Shown here piece by piece: positions 11,967 to 22,785 of a stretch of 64,000 nucleotides of DNA. Below the pieces are notes generated by a model. It was not told where the DNA came from and ran no database searches. It saw nothing but the letters and a program-made list of their open reading frames with translations. A program made the position numbers and the translations under genes. Source of the DNA: an uncultured Nitrospiraceae bacterium (GTDB lineage Bacteria > Nitrospirota > Thermodesulfovibrionia > Thermodesulfovibrionales > Dissulfurispiraceae); contig CAVSHF010000003.1 in the NCBI GenBank assembly GCA_963727805.1, positions 2,304,001 through 2,368,000 on the forward strand, read 5' to 3'. Each line of letters starts with the position of its first letter. Positions within the stretch are counted from its first letter, which is position 1.

Positions 11967-12635
11967 ATGACCACCGAGAAACAGGCCTCCCCTCAAAAAC
12001 ATCTTACGCTCAGGACGATATACGAAAAGCTTTATGCGTTTTACGGTCCCCAATACTGGTGGCCAGGAGATACTCCTTTCGAAATGACCGTCGGCGCTAT
12101 ACTTACCCAGAACACTAATTGGGCCAATGTTGAAAAGGCCATCGATAATCTCAAAGTGCATGACGTTATGAATTCACGGGCACTTCACAAACTACCGCTC
12201 CAAACGCTCGCCGCTTTGATCCGTCCTTCCGGGTATTACAACATCAAGGCTAAGAGAATTAGGGCCTTCCTTAACTTCCTCTTCGAAAAGTATGGGGGCA
12301 GCGTGGGGCGCATGAAAACTGATGAGACGAGAACACTTAGGAAGGAACTTCTCGCAATTAATGGAATCGGTCCGGAGACGGCAGATTCGATCCTCCTCTA
12401 TGCACTTGAAAAGCCAGTATTTGTTATCGATGCGTACACTAGGAGGATCTTCTCTCGCCACGACATTATCGACGCAAATGTGCGCTATGATGAATACCAG
12501 GATTTCTTTCACTGCGAACTCGACCAGGACGTACATCTCTTTAATGAATACCATGCGCTTCTGGTGAGAGTAGGAAAAGAATACTGCAGGACGGAGCGCC
12601 GGTGCGAGAGGTGTCCTCTTTCAGTACTTCAATAA
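11967..12635 (+). CDS. Endonuclease III-related HhH-GPD DNA glycosylase
   Basis: GAILTQNTNW, GIGPETADSILLYA, C-terminal Cys cluster. Confidence 0.88.
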   Translation: MTTEKQASPQKHLTLRTIYEKLYAFYGPQYWWPGDTPFEMTVGAILTQNTNWANVEKAIDNLKVHDVMNSRALHKLPLQTLAALIRPSGYYNIKAKRIRAFLNFLFEKYGGSVGRMKTDETRTLRKELLAINGIGPETADSILLYALEKPVFVIDAYTRRIFSRHDIIDANVRYDEYQDFFHCELDQDVHLFNEYHALLVRVGKEYCRTERRCERCPLSVLQ

Positions 12636-12876
12636 ATATATAACCTTCAAATGTTTTATCATTGCTGCTGAGCGCAGCAGCCGCTATACTTTACCTATGT
12701 TTAAAGAAGTCCTTACTAAAGTTAATGAATACTCAAACTCGGAAGTAGCGACGCGCTGCACTGTCGCCTTTGCCCTTTCGTATGTATTAGCGATGGCCTG
12801 ATGAGTAGCAACATTGGGCATGGCAACTGTGTGTGAAATGATAGCAAATAAAATATAATGATAGTGAGAGAATAAT

Positions 12877-14511
12877 ATGAAGGCATCCGATCTTTTCGTC
12901 AGACAACTTGAAGAGGAAGGCGTTGATTACATCTTCGGCCTGCCCGGAGAGGAAAACCTCGACTTCCTCGAATCCCTGCGCACCTCCTCTATCAAGGTGA
13001 TCATTACACGTCATGAACAGTCAGCCGCGTTCATGGCTGCTACTTACGGAAGACTCACGGGAAAGGCCGGAGTCTGTTTTTCGACTCTCGGACCAGGGGC
13101 ATTGAATCTTGTTACCGGTGTGGCCCACGCGCAGCTCATCGGCGCGCCATTCGTTTCGATTTCCGGACAGAAAGCGCTCAGGGAGAATTGGCAGGCTCGT
13201 TTCCAACTCATCAATATTGTGGAAGTCATGGAGCCTATCACAAAGGAATCGGTCTCGGTTGTGGACCCTGGCACTATTCCCACGATTGTGCGCAACGCAT
13301 TCAGGGTAGCACAATCTGAGCGGCCCGGTGCCGTGCATATTGAGTTGCCGGAGGATGTCGCCGAGAGCCACACCGATGCACAGGTGCAGAAGCCCGGATA
13401 CATTCGAAGACCGATACCCGATTCCAAAGCCATCGCCCGTGCCGCCGAGATGGTCAATGGATCAAAGCACCCCCTGATTATCCTTTCATCCGGGGCAAAC
13501 CGGAATATGATCAACCGACAGCTGACGCAATTTATCGAAAAGACCGGAATCTATGCCGTGCATACACAAATGGGCAAGGGTGTTTTGAGCGATGAATCGG
13601 AACACAGCCTTTTCGCCACCGGCATCCACCGCCATGACTACGTGAATTGCGGTATCGACCGGGCCGATGTGATCATCACGATTGGGTACAATATCGTCGA
13701 ATATCCGCCTTACATCTGGAACGCCAATCTTGAGAAGAAAATCATCAATATCGACTTCGCCGAAGCAGAAGTTGACAAATATTATAATCCCGACATCGAA
13801 ATTATCGGAGATATTCACTCTTCCCTGAGACATCTGGGGGAGATGATCACCCCGAGAAAAGATGATGTAACATTTAAAGCTGTGCGAGAATTCCTGAACC
13901 GCAAGCTATTACTTGATGTCAAAAATCAGTATCCGGTGACCCCTCAGGAAGTTGTGCAGCATGTGCGTGAGGCGCTGGCGCATGAGGACATTCTGACGCT
14001 CGATAATGGGATTTACAAGTTGTGGTTTTCACGGCTCTACAGGACTTACAAACCCAATACGTTTCTGGTGGACAATGCACTCGCGGCGATGGGCGCGGGA
14101 CTTCCCGCCGCTATCATGGCCAAGATGCTCAAACCTGATCGTAACGTCCTGGCTGTAGTTGGGGATGGCGGGTTCATGATGAATTCCCAGGAAATAGAGA
14201 CAGCCCTGAGATACAATGTCCCTGTTGTTATCCTGCTCCTGAACGACAACGCATTTGGTTTTATTAAGTGGAAACAACTGTGCAAGGGATATCCGAGTTT
14301 CGCCCTCGATTATTCGAATCCCGACTTCATGAAGTATGCGGAAAGCTTTGGGGCAGTCGGTATGAAAGTAAAGAAAGGAGACGATATTTCACAACTCTTG
14401 CGCAGAGCGTTTTTGCTGAAGAAACCGGTCCTCATCGAATGTCCGATCGATTATTCTGTCAACTTCGAAACCTTTTCCGGAGAACTTGAGAATATCGTCT
14501 GCGAGTGCTGA
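12877..14511 (+). CDS. Acetolactate synthase large subunit-like TPP enzyme
   Basis: FGLPGEEN, RHEQSAAFMA, GDGG...NDN TPP-binding motif; no small subunit adjacent. Confidence 0.88.
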   Translation: MKASDLFVRQLEEEGVDYIFGLPGEENLDFLESLRTSSIKVIITRHEQSAAFMAATYGRLTGKAGVCFSTLGPGALNLVTGVAHAQLIGAPFVSISGQKALRENWQARFQLINIVEVMEPITKESVSVVDPGTIPTIVRNAFRVAQSERPGAVHIELPEDVAESHTDAQVQKPGYIRRPIPDSKAIARAAEMVNGSKHPLIILSSGANRNMINRQLTQFIEKTGIYAVHTQMGKGVLSDESEHSLFATGIHRHDYVNCGIDRADVIITIGYNIVEYPPYIWNANLEKKIINIDFAEAEVDKYYNPDIEIIGDIHSSLRHLGEMITPRKDDVTFKAVREFLNRKLLLDVKNQYPVTPQEVVQHVREALAHEDILTLDNGIYKLWFSRLYRTYKPNTFLVDNALAAMGAGLPAAIMAKMLKPDRNVLAVVGDGGFMMNSQEIETALRYNVPVVILLLNDNAFGFIKWKQLCKGYPSFALDYSNPDFMKYAESFGAVGMKVKKGDDISQLLRRAFLLKKPVLIECPIDYSVNFETFSGELENIVCEC

Positions 14512-14614
14512 GCATCTGGAACTTTGCAGATGGTCCATGGAAGATAATGAACGGAGGCACCAGAATGCATGATAGCATAGAAACCCTAGAACACTCGTTC
14601 GGTGTCATTGATAC

Positions 14615-14815
14615 ATGATTACTGACGATGACTACAAGAAGGTTTTCGTGTTGGCGACCGCGGTCTTGGGGAATAAAACTAAGGCCAGAAAATGGCTCTC
14701 GGCAGGCCAATTCGCACTTGGTGGTATAGCCCCCCTCGACTTCATGGAAACCCCGGAAGGCTCTCAGGAAGTTTACAAGCTCCTTGGTCGTATCGATGAC
14801 GGGGCGCTTCTGTGA
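14615..14815 (+). CDS. Xre/MbcA/ParS-type antitoxin C-terminal domain protein (DUF2384-like)
   Basis: A..VLG....A..WL......LGG..PLD...T.EG...V..LLGRI..G pattern. Confidence 0.75.
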   Translation: MITDDDYKKVFVLATAVLGNKTKARKWLSAGQFALGGIAPLDFMETPEGSQEVYKLLGRIDDGALL

Positions 14816-14961
14816 AAACGTGCATATAAATCGGATTCATCACGTCTCTTGAGCATTCTGTTCATAAAACAGCACGAAATTATGCAGCAGAGCAGAATTC
14901 CCCGCCTTGCATCGCAGCTTGTAGACGCGTAGGATATAAGAAGAGGAAATGGATAAAATCA

Positions 14962-15504
14962 ATGATCTTGTGCAAGTTTTTTGGAAAATGCATATTTCTC
15001 GCCACTATCATAATGCTGCTTTCTGGCTGTCCCTATTATTCAGAGGTCCCTATCGACCGGAGTGAACTCGCATATATCGATAAGGAACTGATCGGAAATT
15101 GGCTCTATAAAAACACTGATCAGAAGGAATCGGAGATTGTAACTATTTCTCCGTTCAATGAACGCGAGCTTCTGATCATTATCCGGGACGAAGGTAAATG
15201 TGCGTATGATTTTTACAGGGCCTTTGTTAGCGTAGTGGACGGCGAAAAGTTCCTCAATGTTCAGGAGATCAAGTCGTCAAATGAGAAGCGATCCTGGGTG
15301 TTCGTTAACTATAGGATATCCTCTGGTGAATTGACAATCAGGATTGTCGAAGACAAGCTTTTCAAAGATAAAATTGCATCTTCTTCAGCACTGATGGACT
15401 TCTTAAACTCCAACGTCGAAAACAGGGACCTCTACGGCAGCGACGGCGTAAAAGTCCTGAAATTCGTTAGAGAAGTCGTGCCGCACCCCCCCCCTGAAAA
15501 ATAA
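14962..15504 (+). CDS. Putative lipoprotein
   Basis: Hydrophobic signal with lipobox LSGC. Confidence 0.65.
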   Translation: MILCKFFGKCIFLATIIMLLSGCPYYSEVPIDRSELAYIDKELIGNWLYKNTDQKESEIVTISPFNERELLIIIRDEGKCAYDFYRAFVSVVDGEKFLNVQEIKSSNEKRSWVFVNYRISSGELTIRIVEDKLFKDKIASSSALMDFLNSNVENRDLYGSDGVKVLKFVREVVPHPPPEK

Positions 15505-15511
15505 AGCTATT

Positions 15512-16108
15512 ATGCCAGACGATACAAAAGCAGAAGTTGAGGAGCACATCGATGAAACGGGCGCTGTATATTATGTCGACAGATTCGAGCGCCTGCTTGC
15601 GGTATCGGATTTTGATTATGGCGATCACTATAAGATGAGTTGCGAGGCTTGTGAGAAATATGGAAAGAATCTTGCATGCCCCCCCTTTAGCCCCTCGTTT
15701 TTTAGCTACATAGATAACGCTCCGGTGGCCAAGGTTATCTGCCTGAGAGTCCCGCAGGAATATTTCAACCATTTGCCGTCAGAGGAAAGATATCACGCCT
15801 GTTTCAGAAAGGCGAGAAGTCTTCTCGTAGGGATATTACTAGATTATCGAAAAAAAGGATATGCGGTAGCAGGCTCTGGTGCTTGTCTGGCATGTGAGAT
15901 CTGTGCAGCAGAGGACGAGGCAGACTGCCGGCAATGCAGACAACCCGACAAGCTCATTTACAGCCTCGAATCGATGGGAGTCAATGTGATTGCGTTAGTT
16001 AAGAAAAGTTTCGATATCGACCTTGAGTGGAATTCTGATGAGCAATTTGCTGATTTTGTTGATGCTGTCGGTGCCGTATTTTTTAATGGCGACGAAATGA
16101 TAGCCTAG
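15512..16108 (+). CDS. DUF2284-like metal-binding protein
   Basis: CxxCxxYGxNxxCPP, GxCxxCxxC and SLESMGVNV motifs. Confidence 0.75.
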   Translation: MPDDTKAEVEEHIDETGAVYYVDRFERLLAVSDFDYGDHYKMSCEACEKYGKNLACPPFSPSFFSYIDNAPVAKVICLRVPQEYFNHLPSEERYHACFRKARSLLVGILLDYRKKGYAVAGSGACLACEICAAEDEADCRQCRQPDKLIYSLESMGVNVIALVKKSFDIDLEWNSDEQFADFVDAVGAVFFNGDEMIA

Positions 16109-16314
16109 AATCATCTTGCTTGCCAGAGCGACAATGGCACTCTGAGGTTCAGCTGGACGCAGACCAATCACTGTCTGGGAGCCCTGATAGAGGCTGCACC
16201 TTTTTATTTTAGATTGACAGTGGCTTTCGAGGACCCCATTGCTCATCCAGAACGGCCAGACAGAGAGCTTTGCAGGGCGGTTATGATCATCCATCTTTCA
16301 AGAGGAGAAAACTC

Positions 16315-17247
16315 ATGAGCAAGATAGCAGTGTCTCTGATAATGATCCTTTACTGGTGTTCGCTGGCCGCGGCCGGAATCGTCAATGTCGAATTCAACTT
16401 TACGCCTTTTGTTGGGGACCCTATAAAGGCAGATCATGTTGAAACAGTACCCGGCAAGGCGTCGGTTTATATCAACAACGTTCTGGTGGCTGAAAAAGAG
16501 GTGGACAAAACAGAGGTTCCCGTCCTTTTTGAGGAACGCGAAATCGCGGCGTCAGTATGGTTACCGGTAAGATCTCTAGGCCCGGCATTGCGCAAGGGGA
16601 AAAACAGGATCCGCATCAAATTCGAGCCTACTGATTCCAAAGTACCGTACTATGCGCAGCTTCGTTGGGCGTCAGTGACGGACCGGGTTACGAGGACGGA
16701 AGATGACTCGGGGCACGTGCATGAGACCAATCAAAGCAGCGAGGGGGTGGATGAAAAGAAAGCTACGGGTCGTGTCGAATTCGAACGTGAGTTCGTCGCG
16801 GATTTCGCAGCCGATCTGCCTTGGCATCATTATCCCCCTGTAACAACCCTCGGTGATGAGGACAGGAAAGTTCTTGCGAAGCTAGTACAGGAGCGAGTAG
16901 AGATTTTTAAACCAAACTTTGCCGGAGCATACCAAATAGTGAAGAGCAAATCGGACATCGACCCGGCCGAGATCAAAAAAACCAGGTGTCTCGACAAGGG
17001 CTATGCAGCTGGAGTTCGGGTCGCCGCCCATCCTTCCGATGAACTCGATTTTGTCGTGACCGGAAATCCAGAAATTGTTATTCAAGGCAAAGCAGGAAGT
17101 CTCCACTATCCGCTTGATCCGAAAGCATTTGACCGGATTGAAGGCGATGATGTGCAAATGTGTGTTGTCATGGTCTTATCCATTCTCTACCCACCGAGTC
17201 TCGTGGTCGTGCACGACGCTGCCGGGAAATGGGCAGTGGTCTATTGA
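16315..17247 (+). CDS. Secreted hypothetical protein
   Basis: AGGAG RBS before ATG 16315; signal-peptide-like N-terminus; 310-aa ORF. Confidence 0.65.
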   Translation: MSKIAVSLIMILYWCSLAAAGIVNVEFNFTPFVGDPIKADHVETVPGKASVYINNVLVAEKEVDKTEVPVLFEEREIAASVWLPVRSLGPALRKGKNRIRIKFEPTDSKVPYYAQLRWASVTDRVTRTEDDSGHVHETNQSSEGVDEKKATGRVEFEREFVADFAADLPWHHYPPVTTLGDEDRKVLAKLVQERVEIFKPNFAGAYQIVKSKSDIDPAEIKKTRCLDKGYAAGVRVAAHPSDELDFVVTGNPEIVIQGKAGSLHYPLDPKAFDRIEGDDVQMCVVMVLSILYPPSLVVVHDAAGKWAVVY

Positions 17248-17382
17248 CAATGGTGGCCATCGTGGTTATTCCCATAACGATCATACAAATAGAGAGAGGG
17301 AGCTATAAACATACCGGAGCGAAGCGATGCTGTGGTTCCTGAACCCTCAGAGGATTAGGCAGGTAATTTAAATCAATGTATC

Positions 17383-17896
17383 TCAGAGCACCTCGACGGG
17401 ATGGACGGCGGTCTTGCCAATCCCATCTTTAATATGATGCCTGCAACTCGTTCCAGGAGCGGTAATGATGGTCGTATCATCGGCTTCGCGTACGGAAGGG
17501 AACAGGGCCAATTCTCCTATTTTCATGGAAATATCATAATGCTCTGCCTCATAACCGAAGGAACCCGCCATGCCGCAACACCCGGAGTTGATCTCTTCGA
17601 CTGTATATCGTTCAGGCAGGGTTTTTTGTCATATATTTCGACACATCAACAACAATTCCGCTCCCTACACATTGTCCAGCAAGCGACGTGCCCGCAGTGC
17701 GGGGAATTAGCGAAACCTTTTCAGCATGCGCAAAGCGGACAAGTTTTTTAAAGTCCTCGGTATTCTCCGGCCCTGCCACGGCCAATGGCATTTCGCGGTA
17801 GACGGAAGCATCCGTGGAATAGAGAATTCGAGTGGCCTTATCATAAAACAGATCACCTTCAAGAGATTTTTCTAAGTCAATAAGTTTGTTTTCCAT
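17383..17896 (-). pseudogene. FAD-linked/Fe-S oxidoreductase (GlcD/GlcF-fusion, D-lactate dehydrogenase-like) with large internal deletion
   Basis: N-terminus (LYSTDASVY, RTAGTSLAGQ) abuts, out of frame near 17620, the extreme C-terminus (SGCCGMAGSFGYE...GTSCRHHI...HPVEVL). Confidence 0.85.
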
Positions 17897-17909
17897 GCCA
17901 ACATCGCGT

Positions 17910-19181
17910 TTAATCATTGATGAAAGGAACCGTCAGGCTACCCTGGGGCATAAGGATGATAGTCGGGGACGGTCCAACTATCTCGAATGCCAGCTTAAGG
18001 GCTTCATCCATATCTCTGGCTGGTGTGAATAACAGCATTCTCGCCAAATCCGGGTCCAGCATTGAGACCAGAATGAAGCGGGCCTTTTTCATCAAACGGG
18101 TTACCGCATAGGCTTTATGCGCTCCTATCTGGAAGCTATCCTGCAGCCTTCTGGCGACGCAATCCGCAGTCCTGCAATCTCGCATGGTTTGCTCATATAA
18201 GGCTGACCCAGAACCTTCACAACACTCACCCAGAATGATCACGATGCCACCTTCGCGCACTGCACACCAGGCATTGTCCATAGTCTTCTGGAGCTGATAG
18301 ATGTTGATGTCCTTCGGATATCCCCCGCAGCCAGCGATTACTATATCAGCTCTTTTATCAAGCGCGGTGCTGTAAACGCTTTCGACAAACTTACAAGCTT
18401 CGAGATGTGCGGTTATATAATCCCCTGCAAAAACCTGCAGGAGTTCATACTTTTCATTCAGCACTACATTCAGCAGGAATGAAGGCCGGCACATTTCTGC
18501 CCCTTCGATCTGGTCTTCATAAACCGGGTTACCCAGGAGCTTGCCGATTACGGCATTAGGATCCATCATGAAACTGTGGTTATGCCTTATTGTTTCATAG
18601 GAAGCCACACCGGGGAAGAGAGCCTTTCGACCACCGCCAAACCCGGCAAAAAAGTGATGAACAACACTGCCTGTGCAAATGACGTGATCGGTTTTGGCCA
18701 CCAGGTTATGGAAGGCAACCCTGGTCCCCCGTGAGGTCGTACCGAAATAAATAAACTGGCTGTCATCTTTGGAATCAATGTTATGCATCTGCAACCGCCG
18801 CGCAACATTTTCCCCTACTGCCTCGATCATTTCCTTCTCGGTCATGGCGCGATGTGTACCCAAGGCAAAGATAATCTGCATGTCATTGTCGCTCACACCT
18901 GCTTCATTCAGCTCTTCCATAAGGATCGGAATAAACAAATCGCTTTGGGCTACACGCGTCGGGTCATTAACGATGAAGGTAACAGTTTGGCCGGGCTTCA
19001 CTATCTCCCGAAGCGGACGGGAACCTATGGGATTCCGAATAGCCTCTCGGATGGTGGTAGTCGGGTCGGCAAGAGGAGGATACTCGTTAATTCTTAGTTC
19101 AGAGATAACCAGAGAGGGATCCAGACTAAAACGCATCTCGCCCTTTCCGTAGTGCATGGAATAGACATTCTTTGCAGTCAT
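17910..19181 (-). CDS. larA: Nickel-pincer-dependent lactate racemase family protein
   Basis: NDPTR, ALGTHR, HHFFAGFGGGRK, GGYPKDINIYQ, IGAHKA motifs. Confidence 0.88.
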   Translation of the reverse strand: MTAKNVYSMHYGKGEMRFSLDPSLVISELRINEYPPLADPTTTIREAIRNPIGSRPLREIVKPGQTVTFIVNDPTRVAQSDLFIPILMEELNEAGVSDNDMQIIFALGTHRAMTEKEMIEAVGENVARRLQMHNIDSKDDSQFIYFGTTSRGTRVAFHNLVAKTDHVICTGSVVHHFFAGFGGGRKALFPGVASYETIRHNHSFMMDPNAVIGKLLGNPVYEDQIEGAEMCRPSFLLNVVLNEKYELLQVFAGDYITAHLEACKFVESVYSTALDKRADIVIAGCGGYPKDINIYQLQKTMDNAWCAVREGGIVIILGECCEGSGSALYEQTMRDCRTADCVARRLQDSFQIGAHKAYAVTRLMKKARFILVSMLDPDLARMLLFTPARDMDEALKLAFEIVGPSPTIILMPQGSLTVPFIND

Positions 19182-19356
19182 CTTGTCGTTCCCTTCCCCA
19201 CAATTAAAGTTGCGATTATCAATGGTCCCCTATTAGCAGTCAGATAATATGCCCCGTAAATACCCGGGATTGAAATATCACTTGAGCTCGAACTTGTCGC
19301 CCAGTCTAACGAAAAAACGAATTTTAAGTAAAGAGCCTCCACCAAAAGTAGAACTA

Positions 19357-19380
19357 CTTATACTTATACTTATACTTATG
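19357..19380. repeat. Short hexamer tandem repeat (CTTATA)n
   Basis: cttata tacttatact tatacttatg, about four copies. Confidence 0.6.
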
Positions 19381-19391
19381 CTTTTGTTTGC

Positions 19392-19638
19392 TCATGTTAC
19401 CTCAACATTCGTCGCTTTCATCGTGTGATAGATAGTCACCTTAGAACCTACCTTGAGATTGCCGTTTATCTTAGTATCCTTATCACGGACGATGCCCTAA
19501 TTCTCTATTCCTTATCTGAACAGGGATGATTTCATCCCTATCCTCAATAACAGTCCTTTGACTTGATCAGTTTTTGAACTTGCAAATGTAAACGAAACGA
19601 ATTAAAAAAATGAACCCCGAAAATACAAGGTGTCTCAT
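19392..19638 (-). pseudogene. Decayed small exported protein
   Basis: Signal-like start, then KTDQVKG...RDKDTKINGNLKVGSKVTIYHTMKATNVEVT broken by frameshifts and stops; resembles small OB-fold-like periplasmic proteins (from memory). Confidence 0.5.
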
Positions 19639-19931
19639 TGTTACCCCATGTATCTCAATAGTAGTTCTCTCGGAGCACTCAAGGCAAACACCTAATTATT
19701 GCCATTTTTCATCATATGATTTGATTTTCTATACGTGACTCCTTCCACCTTCATTTTATCTTCAGGAGTACTACAGAGTGTCCCATTTATGTTCGTATGT
19801 CCGATTCGAAACTAAACCAGCAGGTTTTTTTTGAACATGTAAAACTATATCAACGTTGTGACCCCAGTCAACAAGAAGACAGAGTGCAGTTGGGAATTGT
19901 ATCTTGCCCCTGCATGCTTTCAGCCGCTCTT

Positions 19932-20876
19932 TCAGATCCTCAACTTCTTTTGCTTCTCCTGATATCTTATCCTTCTGTCGAGTCTGGCGATGCCTTCCTC
20001 CCGCGCTGCACTCACAGCCGCCTCATATTCGCCATGGGTGATTTTTCTGTCCAAAGAAGGGTATTTACTGGTGCTACCGCATGGGCTGTATTGATCCATG
20101 ATATTCACATAGGTTTTTGAGGAGATTTCTCTGGCAATGAAACGCATTATCTTCCTCGTATCCGCCACTCCTGACGGCATAACCAAATGCCGCAGCAAAA
20201 TCCCCCTTGAAGCGACACCATTTTCATCAATGGTGAGATCACCAACCTGCCGATGCATTTCCTTTATAGCTTCTTTTGCTCTTTCAGGATAATCCGGAGC
20301 CATTAAATACTCACTCGCCATTTCTGGGTCCAAGAATTTGAAATCAGGTAAATAAATATCGAAAATCCCATCTAGGAATTTAATGCTTTCTACCGCGTCG
20401 TAGCCGCTACTATTGTATACAAGGGGGACATTCAAGCCGCCCTTAATCGCGCAGGGCAATGCATTGAGGATTTGAGGGATTACATGGGTAGGTGTAACAA
20501 AATTTATGTTATGGCACCCCTGCCTCTGAAGGTGGAGCATCATGCCGGCAAGGTTTTGCGAGGTCACTCGGCTTCCTTTGCCCAAATGGCTGATTTCCCA
20601 ATTTTGACAGAATACACAGAGAAGATTACAGTTTGTGATAAAGATGGTCCCGGAACCATGCGTACCTGCCAGAGGATCCTCTTCTCCAAAATGAGGGCCG
20701 TAGCTTGAAACCATGGCAAATTGGCCGGTACGACAAGTCCCCTTTTCATCCTCGATCCTGTTAACTTCACATTCACGAGGACAGAGGCGGCAATTCTCTA
20801 GTAATCTGTTAGCTTTGTTTATGCTATTAGCCAGTTTCCCAGTGCGGTGTGCCTCTATGTAGGATGGTATAAACAA
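19932..20876 (-). CDS. PflX-like radical SAM protein
   Basis: CxLCPRxC N-terminus, HFGEE, CNLLCVFCQN (CxxxCxxC). Confidence 0.85.
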   Translation of the reverse strand: MFIPSYIEAHRTGKLANSINKANRLLENCRLCPRECEVNRIEDEKGTCRTGQFAMVSSYGPHFGEEDPLAGTHGSGTIFITNCNLLCVFCQNWEISHLGKGSRVTSQNLAGMMLHLQRQGCHNINFVTPTHVIPQILNALPCAIKGGLNVPLVYNSSGYDAVESIKFLDGIFDIYLPDFKFLDPEMASEYLMAPDYPERAKEAIKEMHRQVGDLTIDENGVASRGILLRHLVMPSGVADTRKIMRFIAREISSKTYVNIMDQYSPCGSTSKYPSLDRKITHGEYEAAVSAAREEGIARLDRRIRYQEKQKKLRI

Positions 20877-21678
20877 ACTATGCCCCTTACCATTGGCAGA
20901 GGATCAACTGGATATCTCTATTATCCCTGAGCACTTCTGCCACGCAAACATGACGGGCGCCGGTGTGAGCAAGAGGCGAAAGATTTATTGTCAATGGACA
21001 AGGGCTGACCACTTTCGCTATCTTTCTTTAAAGTGTGCCGGGATGATTCGAAAATATGCAAGTCGTCTTAGGCCTTGAATGTAATAAAAACTCGTATATA
21101 CTGGTGAGCATCGGGAAGAGTATTACGAAAATCGAGCAGATGTCCATTAATTATAGTTCTCAAAATAAATTTCCCAGAGCGAGTTTTCTGGGCTATTTGT
21201 CCATTAATAAGAGCCATACAATATAACGCTGGGCAGATTCATCACTTCCGCCGGCAAATCTAAACGATATCCCGACTTAAATATACCCATATTTTTGTAT
21301 GGCTCTATTTTGTCTGCAATGAACTCTATGGTGACCATAGCTCTTTTCCGTTTTTGGGAGCTTCGCAGATGTTTCAGGCTTCCCTCTCGTTGCTGAGGGC
21401 TTGCTCACCACATCAGACACTTACTCCCTCACTCATCAGTGTTCCTATGGCTAGCCATAGAATAACATTGCAAGTTCGTCCTAATTAAATCATACTCCAT
21501 AAAAGACTGAAAATGAATCGGACTAAATCTAATTTTGTTGTCAGACTTGTCCTACAAGGCGTTGCATTGAGCAAAGACAAAATTAAATTCCCAGAGTGTA
21601 GTTGAAAACGCGTTCTTAAATCCTTAGTCTAAAATAGTGTCTGTAGTAACTGTTAAAGCAAATCCAATTTTATGCGAT

Positions 21679-22335
21679 TTACAGGATATCCGGTTTATCG
21701 CTCACGATCCCGTCTACACCTTTGGCTCTGTATGTTTCCACCTCGTCCTTTGAATTGATCGTCCATACTACTACCTTCAGATTATTCTTATGAGCTTCTC
21801 CTACATTTTTTGTATGAATGAATTTGTACAAGGGCAAGAGATATTGTGAGTGAAGCGCCATAGCCGAGGCAATAGGGTTCTTATGCCGGACATAAATCAA
21901 GCCGGTCTCGATGTCCTTGTCGAGTCTTCTAATTTCGGAAAGAGATGCTTCATGAAAAGAGACGATGATGATATAATCACGAAGCCTTGACTTTTTAATC
22001 TGCCTAAGGACTTCACTTTCATAGCCTTCCTTCTTCAATTCCACGAGGATCTTATCAACCTTTTTGTTGATGAATTCAAGGGTTTCCTGGAACGTAGGGA
22101 TTTTATCCCTTGTAAGTGCCTTCAAGTCCCTTAATAAAGAGCCCTCTGTAGGAATGTCCTGCCCGAAAACTCTCTTTAGATTGTCGTCATGACTTACGAC
22201 CAATCTATTGTCAGCTGTCTGTTGCAAATCTAATTCAATAGCATTCGCGCCAAGTTCGATCGCCTTTCTGAAACTTTCGATAGTATTCTCGGTTTCATAA
22301 GCCTTTGCCCCTCTATGTCCTACCTTCAAGAACAA
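21679..22335 (-). CDS. Glycerophosphodiester phosphodiesterase
   Basis: GHRGA, ENT, IELD, HDD, VWTIN, GIVSD motifs. Confidence 0.9.
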   Translation of the reverse strand: MFLKVGHRGAKAYETENTIESFRKAIELGANAIELDLQQTADNRLVVSHDDNLKRVFGQDIPTEGSLLRDLKALTRDKIPTFQETLEFINKKVDKILVELKKEGYESEVLRQIKKSRLRDYIIIVSFHEASLSEIRRLDKDIETGLIYVRHKNPIASAMALHSQYLLPLYKFIHTKNVGEAHKNNLKVVVWTINSKDEVETYRAKGVDGIVSDKPDIL

Positions 22336-22785
22336 TATCCTTCACCTGCTGAAGTGCTTGAATTTATACTTTTACCATTCTTGCAAGCGATATATATCAG
22401 CATATCCAATGAACAGGGCATCGTTCATAGTGTATCAATATGTTCATCCCAATTTCCCAAGGGATTTTACTTTTGATTAATAAACATTGTGTGGGATATT
22501 AAAGGAAGTTGTAAATAAGGGGAAAGGGTTTATACCTCGAAGATAATAAAGGGAATATTCAAGCAAATAACGGCTTTATTATCTCTTGACAACCCAAAAA
22601 GTTCAGTGTGATTTAAAGACTTCCAGAATGCAGCTTTGACGTACATTTATCCGGAAAATTAAAGAATTCTGAACGCTACTGGTTGCCTTGTAGATCTAAA
22701 AAGTGACGGAATGACAATTGCTAAATTGTGCTAGTCAATACAAATATTTATAACCGAAGTACCGATTCTAGTTTATTTGTTCAAT

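Noticed and set aside
16200..16262. Hammerhead-like CTGGATGAG...CTCGAAA on the minus strand (also CTGATGAG near 5843)
   Set aside because: Core not canonical; stems I-III could not be formed
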